Source: Octopus sinensis (lineage: Eukaryota). From it: a DNA stretch of 64,000 nt. Position 1 is the stretch's first letter, and each line of letters begins with the position of its first letter. This document shows, one piece after another, positions 40,147 to 52,400 of the stretch. The stretch covers positions 47,988,001-48,052,000 of the forward strand of contig NC_042998.1 of the NCBI RefSeq assembly GCF_006345805.1, written 5' to 3'. The position numbers and the translations under genes were made by a program. Below the pieces are notes generated by a model. The model was not told where the DNA came from, ran no database searches, and was given only the letters and a program-made list of their open reading frames with translations.

Positions 40147-40509
40147 GAAAGAGAGAGAGAGAGAGAGATACATGAGGTTGTTCGTGTGCATGAATATGCA
40201 TGCATATACGCACCTCTAAACATGTCGTCGACAGCTTTGAATACACGTTTGAGCGCAACAGTTATTGCGATCGAAATAAACATGCTGTTTACCAATTTAT
40301 ACGTTGTGGCAATACAACCAACAATAACCGCTCTACTACAAACACCCCACAGCAGCACAACAACACCATAAACCCCAACAGTAGTCACAAGAGCAATGAG
40401 AATAAAAACTACAAACATCAAAAATTCTTACACCACTTTCTGTGTCTTCCTACAAGACTCACCTATGGCCTCATAATATAGGGAGAGAAAAAAGACCATA
40501 ATATAGGGG

Positions 40510-40892
40510 GAAGCACTCCGTCGGTTACGACGACGAGGGTTCCGGTTGATCCGAATCAACGGAACAGCCTGCTCGTGAAATTAACGTGTAAGTGGCTGAG
40601 CACTCCACAGATACGTGTACCCTTAATGTAGTTCTCGGGGATATTCAGCGTGACACAGAGAGTGACAAGGCCGGCCCTTTGAAATACAGGTACAACAGAA
40701 ACAGGAAGTAAGAGTGAGAGAAAGTTGTGGTGAAAGAGTACAGCAGGGATCACCACCATCTCCTGCCGGAGCCTCGTGGATCTTTAGGTGTTTTCGCTCA
40801 ATAAACACTCACAACGCCCGGTCTGGGAATCGAAACCACGATCCTATGACCGCGAGTCCGCTGCCCTAACCACTGGGCCATTGCGCCTCCAC
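40510..40892 (-). mobile_element. tRNA-headed SINE family B2, full length
   Basis: Minus-strand head GGAGGCGCAATGGCCCAGTGGTTAGGGCAGCGG..GGTTTCGATTCCC; flanked by duplicated CATAATATAGG. Confidence 0.8.
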
Positions 40893-41299
40893 TCATAATA
40901 TAGGAAGAGAAAAGAGACCAACGAGTGGGCTTCCTGTGGAGGTGCACAGTATGGTAAAATGCTAACCAAGTCACCCACAATCCAAACATTGCCATTTTCA
41001 AAAGTTATGGATAATTACAATGGATAAATGTAGTTCTAGATAGCCTATGTCTGAAAACAAAATAAGGAAGAAAAAGACGTAACGATCATGGTTGGAACTC
41101 CTTTGATCTTAGATCTAGTCAGATATGTTGATCTGGAATTTAAACAACAACAGCAAGATTTTCGTAAAGAACCAACGAATGTGGCCTTTATGTGATTGTT
41201 CGATCTATTAGAAACAGCAGACACACTTTCAAACTACACATTAGCGTTTTTAAAGTAGTACATGTTGGATAAAACATGCCTGTATGTTTGATGAAGTCT

Positions 41300-41520
41300 A
41301 GGCGCATGGCTTAGTGATTAGGGTGTGGGGCTCATGATCGTAAGATTGTTGTTCTGATTCCTGGGCCAGGGATGTATTGTGTTCTTGAGCAAGACACTTC
41401 CTTTCATATTGCTCCAGTACACTCAACTGGTAAAAATGAATAATCCTGCGACAGACGGGCGTCGCATCCATGTAGGAATATATATACGCCAGAGAAACCC
41501 GGACACCGGTCCTATGCTCC
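41300..41520 (+). mobile_element. SINE family B, diverged
   Basis: Similarity to 10089-10352. Confidence 0.7.
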
Positions 41521-41754
41521 TTACTAAGTAATGTCGACTACCCCCATCCAAGTCTAATAATATGTTCATACTGGAACGTTTTTGATAAAATATTTGCTCG
41601 ATTACAGATAACCTTGGGGCTAAACGACATTGCAAACAACATTTAGGTAACGAAGTGTATCTTCCAAGAAAATCTTCCTCATTTATTAACAAGGAAATCC
41701 TTTCTGAAATTTTCTTCGAGATATATAAAAGTAAGAGACAGTCAGGGTTGCTCG

Positions 41755-42385
41755 ATAACGGATGTAAGAGGTTAAACAACAAGGAAAGAGAATTACCGAG
41801 GCTGCAGGGGACTAAACAGCTAAGAAAGAGAGTTATCGAGGCTGCGGGAGGCTAAACAGTTAGGAAAGAAAATTATCGAGGCTACAAGAGGTTAAACAGC
41901 TAAGAAAGAGAATTATCGAGGCTGCAGGAAGCTAAACAGCTAAGAAAGGGAGTTATCGAGGCTGCAGGAGGCTAAACACCTAGAAAAGAGAATTACCGAG
42001 GCTGCAGGGGACTAAACAGCTAAGAAAGAGAGTTATCGAGGTTGTGGGAGGCTAAACAGCTAGAAAAGAGAGTTATCGAGGCTGCAGGAGGCTAAACAGC
42101 TAGGAAAGAGAGTTATCGAGGCTGCAGGAAGCTAAACAGCTTTGAAAAGAGTTATCGAGGTTGTGGGAAGCTAAACACCTAGAAAAGAGAATTATCAAGG
42201 ATGCAGGAGGCAAAACAATTAGGAAAGAGGTTATCGAAGCTGCAGAAGGCTAAACAGCTAGAAATGTGAGTTATCGAGACTGCAAGAAGCTAAACAGCTT
42301 GGAAAGAGAGTTATCGAGGCTGCAGGAGGCTAAACAGCTAGGAAAAAGGTTATAAACATAAAGAGAGTTATCGAGGCTCCCGGGA
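41755..42385. repeat. 39-40 bp minisatellite, about 15 copies
   Basis: Unit GTTATCGAGGCTGCAGGAGGCTAAACAGCTAGGAAAGAGA, with no unique spacers. Confidence 0.92.
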
Positions 42386-42392
42386 TGCAGAA

Positions 42393-42579
42393 TTATGTTA
42401 TAAACACACACGCTCTAGATTCACTAGTTACCAAATCGCTTGCTCTCGACTCACCTGCCTTAAACTCGTCTGCTTCTGACTCATTCGTCCCAAACTCACC
42501 TGTCACAGATTCATTTTCTCTGACTTCAATGATCTCTTGTCTATGGATTTTCGCATGATAATCTAATATACACACATTT
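42393..42579 (-). CDS. Candidate terminal exon containing seven pentapeptide repeats, unassigned
   Basis: Acceptor TTCTGTAG; frame NVCILDYHAKIHRQEIIEVR-ENESV-TGEFG-TNESE-ADEFK-AGESR-ASDLV-TSESR-ACVFIT*; synonymous variation at the repeated Glu and Ser codons. Confidence 0.35.
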
Positions 42580-42652
42580 CTACAGAACGGGAATTGGTTG
42601 TTTGGCGCTGTGATGTTTATGCTCGTCCGGAAAACACGAGTCATACATAACA

Positions 42653-42735
<83 letters not shown>

Positions 42736-42777
42736 ACACACATACACACATACAGTCACAGAGATATGTGTGTGCAT

Positions 42778-42814
<37 letters not shown>

Positions 42815-43327
42815 TGTGCGTGTGTGCGTGGTGTGTGCGCGTCCGTGCATGCACGTTTGCATGTATGTGTGTGGGAGGTGGGGAGCAAGGAATAGCCAGC
42901 TCGTCGTAGGCTCAACGATTGGAAAACATATTTCATAATTCTGAAGCAATCATTCTCTTTTCGTAAATATTGATTTCTTCGTTATGTACAGACCCATAAA
43001 TGTATACAGTGTTTGCATTTCGTATTTAACAAAGCGATGCATGCAAATATACATACTCTATATTGGCACGTCTTCCTTTACTAAAAAATATATGTAAACA
43101 TGTTATTCGCAGTTCACTCCAAGATTAACCAACAATAGATTTATACCAAAAGAGAAACTAGATTTGTCACCTTCATAAATATCCCAAGGGCGTAAGTAGC
43201 ATACGTAAAAGGAATCGGTTTCAAATGAGTAGTGAAACTAGGATGTGGTGTTGGTTCTATAACACATTCCGCAGCTTCCGATGTTTTATGTTCAAACGTT
43301 CACATAGTTCTCAATATATAAAAGACT

Positions 43328-43545
43328 AAGGCGACGAGCTGACAGAGTCGTTAGCATGCCGGGCAAAATGCTTAGCAGCATTTCGTCCGTCCTTAAGTTC
43401 TGAGTTCGAATTCCGCCGAGGTCGACTTTGCCTTTCAACTGTTCAGGGTCGATAAATTAAGTATCAGTTGAGCACTGGGGTCGAAGTAATCGACTTAGCC
43501 CCTTCCTAAAAATTGCAGTCATTGTGCCAAAATTTGAAACCAATA
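43328..43545 (+). mobile_element. SINE family A, tail type 2
   Basis: Head TAAGGCGACGAGCTGACAGA, core and tail TGTGCCAAAATTTGAAACC. Confidence 0.82.
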
Positions 43546-43649
43546 TATAAACTCGTCATATATCGAGTACTGTTGGAATTATAGTTATGCCATTATGGGC
43601 AATATTAGATGGATATCCAACTACTTTAATATTATAATTTTACATATTT

Positions 43650-43960
43650 ATTTATTTTATTTTATCTAGTTTCAGCTCACGAGCTGTGGCCATGCTGGGG
43701 CACCGCCATTTGGTGTTGCTACATACTTTTTTTTCACGAATGCTTATTAGGAATTGACATTTGTTGCATGACAGAGTTTGAAGCAGCTGCACTCATCTGT
43801 ACCTCCTGCCGCGAAGCTGGTTCATCTGGGACACTTGATAGGAAGAGGTCCAGCTTTATTTTGAAGACACCTACATCCACCCCTCTCAGGTCTCTCAGGT
43901 CCTTCGGGAAGATATTGAAGAGTTGTGTACCTCTGAAGCCCAGGCTATGGAACTTATACA
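43650..43960 (-). mobile_element. CR1-like LINE 3' fragment
   Basis: HSLGFRGTQLFNIFPKDLRDL..FKIKLDLFLSSVPDEP..AASNS is typical of a CR1-group ORF2 C-terminus; followed by a short 3' UTR and A-rich tail. Confidence 0.75.
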
Positions 43961-44570
43961 AAATAATGAAATTGATACTAATTTTCAAATTAGAAAATAT
44001 ATATATTTACCATCCAAAAATCAGCTAAATAAAACAAATTTCTTGTCTACATATTTATAATAAATATGTTATTAATAACAATCATACGGTTTAACTATCA
44101 ATTAATTACATATGTAACATATTGATTTATTCCATATAAGGTAGCAAGACAATTTTAGCATGACCAAGTAATCAACAATGAGTATTATTAGTACTGAACA
44201 TGGTAGACAATTATACAGTTTGTTATAGTTTGATATATCAGTCCCGTGAATGTATTGATAAAACAAGTGATAACAATATAATCTACGAGACAGCAATTCT
44301 GTGAACATCACTCATATGCCATGCAGGCAAAAGTGCAGGATTTTATTTAGACTCATAGAAATTGATAGAGAAATCGATATTTAGAATCACAGAATTATAG
44401 ACAGAGTAAGATGTCAGTATGAATCACAGAAATATAAACAGAATAAGATGTCTATATGATGTTTGAATTGTTCTTCTGCGATAGAGTTATAGTTGTAATA
44501 TTTATTGATCTCGACTTTCGGGAAGACATTCTTAAAAGCGAAATGAGTAGGGAACATTATGTTTCACTAG

Positions 44571-44711
44571 GTTAAAAAACGGTTGGAAGTGAGTAGAATT
44601 GAAGTGAGCGGACAGAAACATCGTGATGAACTCCGTGTCAATCTTAAGCTGATGCGCCAAGAACCTACGTCAATTGATTTCGTTTGTGATGATTCTGGAT
44701 TCGTTGCAAAG
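44571..44711 (+). CDS. Candidate internal host exon, 47 codons, product unidentified
   Basis: ATTATGTTTCACTAG acceptor, AAG|GTAGGA donor, 141 nt in phase 0/0; VKKRLEVSRIEVSGQKHRDELRVNLKLMRQEPTSIDFVCDDSGFVAK; non-repetitive and higher in GC than its flanks. Confidence 0.5.
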
Positions 44712-45980
44712 GTAGGATTTGTTTCCAATCAATGATAAAAAAAAAAGAAGTAAGAAAAAAAGGTAAAGAAAGGAACATTTGGGATCTAGAGACACTTTTA
44801 GATACCAATACTTTTCCAAGGAGGTTTTGAAGATAATTTTGAATAGGTATAACTTCAAATTTTATAGGTTATAACTACAACTAATTGAATCGGCAGTTAT
44901 TTATTTCATCAACACCGAAGGATGAATGGTGGTGTTGTATGAGGTGACATTTGAATCTAATACAGTAAATCAAATGGTCACAGGTATGGTTTTAATCCCA
45001 TGTCGAGATTTTCACAGTAATTCTTTGACGTGGATGTTCACAAAAAGACGACATCATCCTTCGCATCTCTCTGATCTACTAATTCTATCTACTATGGGTA
45101 CAAGGCCTGACATTTTGGGAGAGGAGAGGGCAAAGTCGATTTCATCGGTCCCAGTGCTCAACTGGTATTTATTTTATCGACCCCGAAATTAGGAAAGGCA
45201 AAATTGAATTCAGTAGAATTTAAACTCAGAATGTATAGACAGACGAAAAGGCACTGAACATTTTTTCCAGTGCACTAACGATTCTGCCAGCTCACCGTAA
45301 CCGTAATACTGGTTACGAAATATATTCATCTGTATAAAATACAAACATATAGTTTGCTCAGAATGTACGTATTTATTTTTTAAAAAATAACTGTGTTGAA
45401 CGACACGTTATCTCATTTCCTTTTTCTCATAAACCCGAAGTTCCATCTCTATAAAAAAACGAAGCTCAAGAAAATATAGGTCTTCGTTTTATATAAACAC
45501 AGAGCTTCAGGTTTGTAGGAGGAACGAAAGACGATTATATGACATTCATGCCTCTCCCAGAGGCATCAGTAACATTGTGAAATGGTTACAACTAAAAATA
45601 TACAAAAAGAAAAATTTCATGAACTCAGTTTACGAACTGCAGTATTGCCTTTCTCGAATGTAGTTGTAACTATTGGTATTGCTTAACACAATGTTAGCTC
45701 TAATCAGGCCAATGATCAAAGTTGTTCCAGCTCTGAACATCTTGTCTTTTGTTTTCCAGAGAAAGATATATGTATCCTTCTTTCTTCAAGGCTGTATAGT
45801 ACGATATAGTATAGAGCGACAAAGTAGAGGATACACTTAACTATGTGGGAATACTCAGCGTTAATTTCACGAAGAAGAATTCAATTCTATGGAGAAAAAA
45901 AATCATACTCTTCGTCGCGATCAACGGCAAATCCAAACACACACACACGCGCGCGCGCGCGCGTAAACATTACATATAAA

Positions 45981-46529
45981 TATGGGGGCGCTGAAAAGTT
46001 CCTGGCTGTAAGGGTGTCGCGAAAGGCCTGGTTGGAGTCTCAACCTTCCGAGTTCTTTTTCAGGGCTAAGAAAAACTGAAAGACCACTGCAATAAGTGTG
46101 GGAATCTGTGAGGGGAATATCTCCTTATATATAAAGCTGAAGTTCTCTGTGTATAGCAGGTTTGGTAACCTTCAACTAACACTATCTCCTCCGAGACCCT
46201 GCGGCGCAAGTTGACCAAAATTGAGAGTATGATAGAAGAAGGCTTGCTCTTTATTCCGTAGAAGAAAAAATTCAAATCGGACCATGTTAACGCCAAAAAT
46301 TATTTACATCAAAAAGGTGCTTTTTTTCTACTAAGATCCCTATTTTTTACGATTTTTTGACTGCTGTGTCGCCATTTTTCAGTGTATTTCAACCAGAAAA
46401 TGTTCACTTAAAGAGAATAACAAGCTAGATAATGCAAAATTTTTACTGATAGTGTTGAATAAAATCATAATTCACTGATCCTCCTGTATTTTCTTTTACT
46501 CAAAGCCAGGAATTTTCAGCACATTCATA
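45981..46529 (+). mobile_element. mariner-derived MITE hosting a Helitron
   Basis: TIRs GCTGAAAAGTTCCTGGCT / AGCCAGGAATTTTCAGC; removing the Helitron restores GGGGAATATGTTGAATAA (GEYVE*), a typical mariner C-terminus. Confidence 0.7.
46120..46452 (+). mobile_element. Non-autonomous Helitron with a 3' internal deletion
   Basis: Same family as 7029-7417; lacks the hairpin region but retains terminal ACTGATAG|T. Confidence 0.82.
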
Positions 46530-46929
46530 GAAGAGTATTGAACTCCGCATACACACACGTACACGCAAATATTTACACGCATACACACATATATATTTAC
46601 ACGTGTGTAAATATGTGAGTGCGTATGTGTGTGTGTGTGTGTGTGTATAGAACGTAGTTTACCAGTCACTTTTTCCAGTCACAATCACATGCATGATTCC
46701 CCCCCCCGCCACTTCTTACTTTTTATCACCCCTAAACCCTTCACCAACCTCACACAACCATCGCCATCACAATTCTGCTACTGGCATACATCCACCATTA
46801 CTTCGCCACCTCCACCACCGCCTTTGTACGCCATACATACATACCTCGACGATAACGCCACCACCCTCAGCCATCGTCACCCACTACCGACCAAACCAAC
46901 GAGAACAAATTCCAAGCAAGTGGTCGCTC

Positions 46930-47720
46930 GATCTGCTAGAAACATCAGTCAAATATTCCTCAAATCATACATTTCTATCTTCTTGACGATAATACATTGG
47001 GAAAATGTAGTCCTAGATACACTGTGTCTGAAAAAAAATGGACCTGATCAAGATGGTGCGCTTTCATCATAGGTCTGCTTGACCAAGGATGACCCAAGGC
47101 TAAATAGCATCAACAACAACAATACCACTAGCTTTCTTACCAAAATCCACAGTAATAAGATCGAGCGAGCATGGGGGCTCGACCTGTTAGAAATAGCAGC
47201 TACATCTTTCTGAAAATACACTACCATCTAAAAAAGAAAAAATGAACATATTTGATAATGAACTCTTAGATATACTCTGTCTAATTATATGAGATAGTCA
47301 CGGTTGAAATTTCTTTGGTCATGGGTTGGCTCAATCAGTGATGACTAGAGGTTAAATAATTACAATAAAGAAACCACGAACCAGCAAGGATGCCTCTACG
47401 TTAATCATGGGCAAACTGCGGCTCGCGAGGGCTTTTGATTGACACAGTGTGGCCCGCCTCATGAAGAGTCATGTCGCATCTGGCCCCGCTTCTCGAAAAA
47501 TGTTACTCGTGCCTGCTTTACGTACTTACTCTATTTGCTAGAAATAACAGCCAAATCTCATTCAGATGTTCTACCCTTCCGTCTTAAATAAAGGCAAAGA
47601 CACATTGGTTGGTGTGGTTCTAAAGACAGACTGAGAGAAAGAGAAAAGACGGGATGGTCATGGCTGGAATGCTTTTGATCAAAAGCGTGCTAGATCAGGA
47701 TTAATCTGGGGCCAAAGAAA
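46930..47720 (+). repeat. Three clustered copies of an unclassified interspersed repeat
   Basis: CTG(C/T)TAGAAATA(G/A)CAGC..AAAT..GATAATG..TAGATA..GGTCA(T/C)GG(C/T)TG(G/A)AAT recurs near 46932, 47183 and 47535, and also near 1405, 41050-41275 (-) and 48290. Confidence 0.6.
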
Positions 47721-47767
47721 CATCATCCTTGTCACTATCAGCACCGTCAACAACAATATTACCACTT

Positions 47768-47975
47768 TTCTTTAATTTGTTTCTGTCATTTGACTGCGGC
47801 CATACTGGAGCACCGCCTTTAGTCGAGCAAATCGATCCCAGGACTTATTCTTTATAAGCCTAGTACTTATCCTATCGGTTCTCTTGCCGAACCGCTAAGT
47901 TACGGGGACATAAACACACCAGCATCGGTTGTCAAGCGATGTTGGGGGCACAAACACAGACACAGAAACATATAT

Positions 47976-48021
<46 letters not shown>

Positions 48022-48172
48022 CGGGCTTCTTTCAGTTTCCGTCAACCAAATCCACCCAAAAGGTTTTAGTCGGCCCGAGGTTATAGAAGAAGACACTTGC
48101 CCAAGATGCCACGCAGTGGGACTGAACCCAGAACCATGTGGTTGGTAAGCAAGCTACTTACGACACAGTCAC
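47768..48172 (-). mobile_element. SINE family C, full length
   Basis: Same family as 32801-33197. Confidence 0.85.
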
Positions 48173-48554
48173 TAACTTTATTTATACTACCACCGAAGCA
48201 TTATCTTCACCACCTCTTGTGCAACTACGTCGCAAACAATACTGATACTAGCTAACGAGGCCACCGTAGCCTCATTGTGGTTGCGCGGCCTGTAGAAATA
48301 GCAGCTAAATTTCTCTCAAATCATACACCTCGTAGTTTTAGTGCTGAACATGTTGGATAATGTACCCACTGGGTTCCCTGTAGAGAGAAGGGGAAGATGA
48401 CGAGATGGTCACTTTGGGATTTCTGAATTTCTTCGACCAATAGTTCTGCTTGATAAGCGTTGACATGAGGTTAAGCGAAGAGCAATATTGATAACAACAA
48501 TTGCTATCATTAACGAACTACCCCAAATCATACAAATTTTACCACGAGCGCCAC

Positions 48555-48829
48555 ATCGTCATCACCACCATCATCGTCATCATCATCATCAACCTCGTCG
48601 TCATCAACTGCGTCATCGTCGTCATCTTCACTATCATCAGCATCATCGTCAGCGTCGTATACATCATCATCAGTGTCGTTAACATCATCATCGCCGTCAT
48701 CATCGTCACCGTCATCATTATCATCGTCGTCATCGTCATTATCATGATTATCATCATCATCCTTGACGGGCGGGCGATATAGTCGTCATCGACCATCGTC
48801 TCGTAGTCCGTCGTCGTCGTCGTCGTCGT

Positions 48830-48875
<46 letters not shown>

Positions 48876-48948
48876 CCACCAACGACATCGTCGTCGTCGT
48901 TATCGTCGTCGTCATTATCGTCATCAGCGTTGTCTTCATCATCGTCGT

Positions 48949-48992
<44 letters not shown>

Positions 48993-49092
48993 ACACCATC
49001 ATCATCATCATCATCATCGTCATCGTCATCATCAACACCATCATCATCATCATCATCATCGTCATCGTCATCATCATCATCATCATCATCAA

Positions 49093-49139
<47 letters not shown>

Positions 49140-49375
49140 CCACCACCAACGACATCGTTGTTGTCGTCGTTATCGTCGTCATTATCGTCATCAGCGTTGT
49201 CTTCATCGTCATCATCATCATCATCATCGTCATCGTTACCATCCTCATCGTCAGCATCATCCCTTTCGTCATCATCATCTTCGTCGTCGCAGCCGCCGCC
49301 GCCGTCGTCGTTGTTGTTGTTGTTGTCATTGTCATCATTATCGTCATCATTTCCAACACTAACATCACCAACAAT
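48555..49375. repeat. (CAT)n/(CGT)n low-complexity tract with internal duplication
   Basis: Block AACGACATCGT..TTATCGTCATCAGCGTTGTCTTCATC occurs at about 48881 and 49148. Confidence 0.9.
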
Positions 49376-49921
49376 ACCGATGTCATTCGTTATACACTGG
49401 TAGCAAAAAAAAATGCTATTTCCACGACACAAATAAGTAACTATGTATCCGCTATCTGCGCACACTACATAGTATTACACACGCATACATACATGCATAC
49501 ATACATACGTATATACGTGCAGACGAGTGTGTGTGTGTATCTATACATGAATATATGTGTGTGTATTTATGCAGGTATAGACGTTTATATATATATTATA
49601 ATAAGATATATATATATATTATATATATATATATATATTTACATATATACAGAGAGAGAGAGAGAGAGAGATAATATAGATATAAATATAGATATAGATA
49701 TAGATATGTATGTATGTGCGTATATGTATATATATATATTATGTATGTATGTATGTATGTTTATATGTATATATGCATATGTATGTATATAAATACATGT
49801 ATATATGTATATTTATATATACATATGTATGCATGTTTATACGTATATATGAATATGTATATATATATATATATATATATGTCTGTATGTGTGTATATGT
49901 GTATATACATAAGTGTATAGA

Positions 49922-49984
<63 letters not shown>

Positions 49985-50123
49985 TTATATGCATATATAA
50001 ATATATATACATATGTATATGTGTGTATATATGTATATACATATATATATACATATGTACATTAGATATATATACACATATATATACATATACATTAGAT
50101 ACATATATATATATATACATAGC

Positions 50124-50158
<35 letters not shown>

Positions 50159-51204
50159 TTGCTATCATCTCTGATACAAATACGTAGTACTGTAATATCC
50201 TCCACCACCACCACCACCATCAACCAATTACACTAACAATCTTCCATCATCATCATCTTCATCATCATCATCGTCGTCATCATTACCACTGCAACCTACA
50301 ACACCACTACAACTGATAGCTTCACCTATTTTCGTTACAACCACCGACACTACCACCACAACCGCTATTACCATCGTTACTACACTACAACTACCATCGT
50401 TACTGCCACCACTTATACCAACACAGTCAAGACCACTCTCATCCTAACCACTACCACCACTACGAGCACAACCACTGCCATTTACCACACCACTACCACC
50501 ACCACCACCACCACCACCACCATGATTACTACTGCCACCGCAACTCTCAATACGACCACTGACATCACTACAAGTACTAACACCACAACCACCTCTGTTA
50601 CAATCATTACCACCACCACAACCATCACCGCTACTACTGTTATCACTACCATCAAAAGTACCACTACAACAACCACTACCACTACCATCTTTAATACTAC
50701 TACTGCTGCTGCTACTACCATTGTTGTTACGCAACTGTAATTACTACACCAACCATCACCACTGATACTAACACCGTAACTATCATAGACATTACTACCG
50801 CTATTACGACGACCACCACCACCACCGCAGCCACCACCATCGTCACCACCAATGACATCGCCACCACCACCACCACCATCTCCACCACTACAGCCATCGC
50901 CACCACTACTACCGCCATCACCACCGCCACCATCGCCACCATCACTGCAAGCACTACCACGGCAACCACAACGATGACGGGTAACGCCTCCACTACCACC
51001 ATCGCTACAACCATCGCCACGCCAATACCACCGCCACTGCCAACACCAATGCTACTATAACCACCACTATAATCACCACCACTACCACCACCACCACTAC
51101 CACCGCCACCACCACCACCACCACCACTATTGCCACTACTACCACCATCACTACAACCAATACAACAATCATCATTAATCGCTACAGCCATCGCAAACGA
51201 CCAC

Positions 51205-52400
51205 CACCACTACCCTTAGCCCTACCATCACAAACCCCTACCATTACCACCACCACCAAGACTACCACAATCATCACTACCACCACCACCACCACCACCA
51301 CCACCACCACCACCACTACCACTGGTACCACTACGAACAGTACCACTACAACCATCACAACTACCACCAGCACAAGCACCACTACCCTTAGCCTTACCAT
51401 CACAAACCCCTACCATTACCACCACCACCAAGACTACCACAATCATCACTACTACCACTACCACCACCACCACCACCACCACCACCACCACTACCACTGG
51501 TACCACTACGAACAGTACCACTACAACCATCACAACTACCACCAGCACAACCACCACTACCCTTAGCCTTACCATCACAAACCCCTACCATTACCACCAC
51601 CACCAAGACTACCACAATCATCACTACTACCACCACCACCACCACCACCACCACCACCACCACCACCACCACCACTACCACTGGTACCACTACGAACAGT
51701 ACCACTACAACCATCACAACTACCACCAGCACAAGCACCACTACCCTTAGCCTTACCATCACAAACCCCTACCATTACCACCACCACCAAGACTACCACA
51801 ATCATCACTACCACCACCACCACCACCACCACCAACACTACCACTGGTACCACTACGAACAGTACCACTACAACCATCACAACTACCACCAGCACAACCA
51901 CCACTACCCTTAGCCTTACCATCACAAACCCCTACCATCACAACCACCACCAAGACTACCACAATCATCACTACCACCACCACCACCACCACCACCACCA
52001 CCACCACCACTACCACTGGTACCACTACGAACAGTACCACTACAACCATCACAACTACCACCAGCACAAGCACCACTACCCTTAGCCTTACCATCACAAA
52101 CCCCTACCATTACCACCACCACCAAGACTACCACAATCATCACTACTACCACCACCACCACTACCACCACCACCACCACCACCACTACCACTGGTACCAC
52201 TACGAACAGTACCACTACAACCATCACAACTACCACCAGCAGAAGCACCACTACCCTTAGCCTTACCATCACAAACCCCTACCATTACCACCACCACCAA
52301 GACTACCACAATCATCACTACCACAACCACCACCACCACCACCACCACCACCACCACTACCACTGGTACCACTACGAACAGTTACCACTACAACCACCAG
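51205..52400. repeat. ~175-bp minisatellite with an embedded variable (ACC)n, about seven copies
   Basis: Unit spacings from the ORF-track stops are 172, 175, 184, 163, 172 and 175 bp. Confidence 0.92.

Noticed and set aside
41755-42385. 40-bp repeat array as a CRISPR array
   Set aside because: Units are contiguous with no unique spacers, no cas genes are present, and the context is eukaryotic.
47403-47515. Possible small hAT MITE (also 37290-37443)
   Set aside because: TIRs are too degenerate or one-sided and there is no TSD, so it was not called.
48539-49465. 308-aa Asp-rich ORF resembling acidic biomineralisation proteins
   Set aside because: It is almost pure (GAT)n/(GAC)n, several frames are open on both strands, there is no signal peptide, and similar tracts occur at 20.7-21.1 kb.
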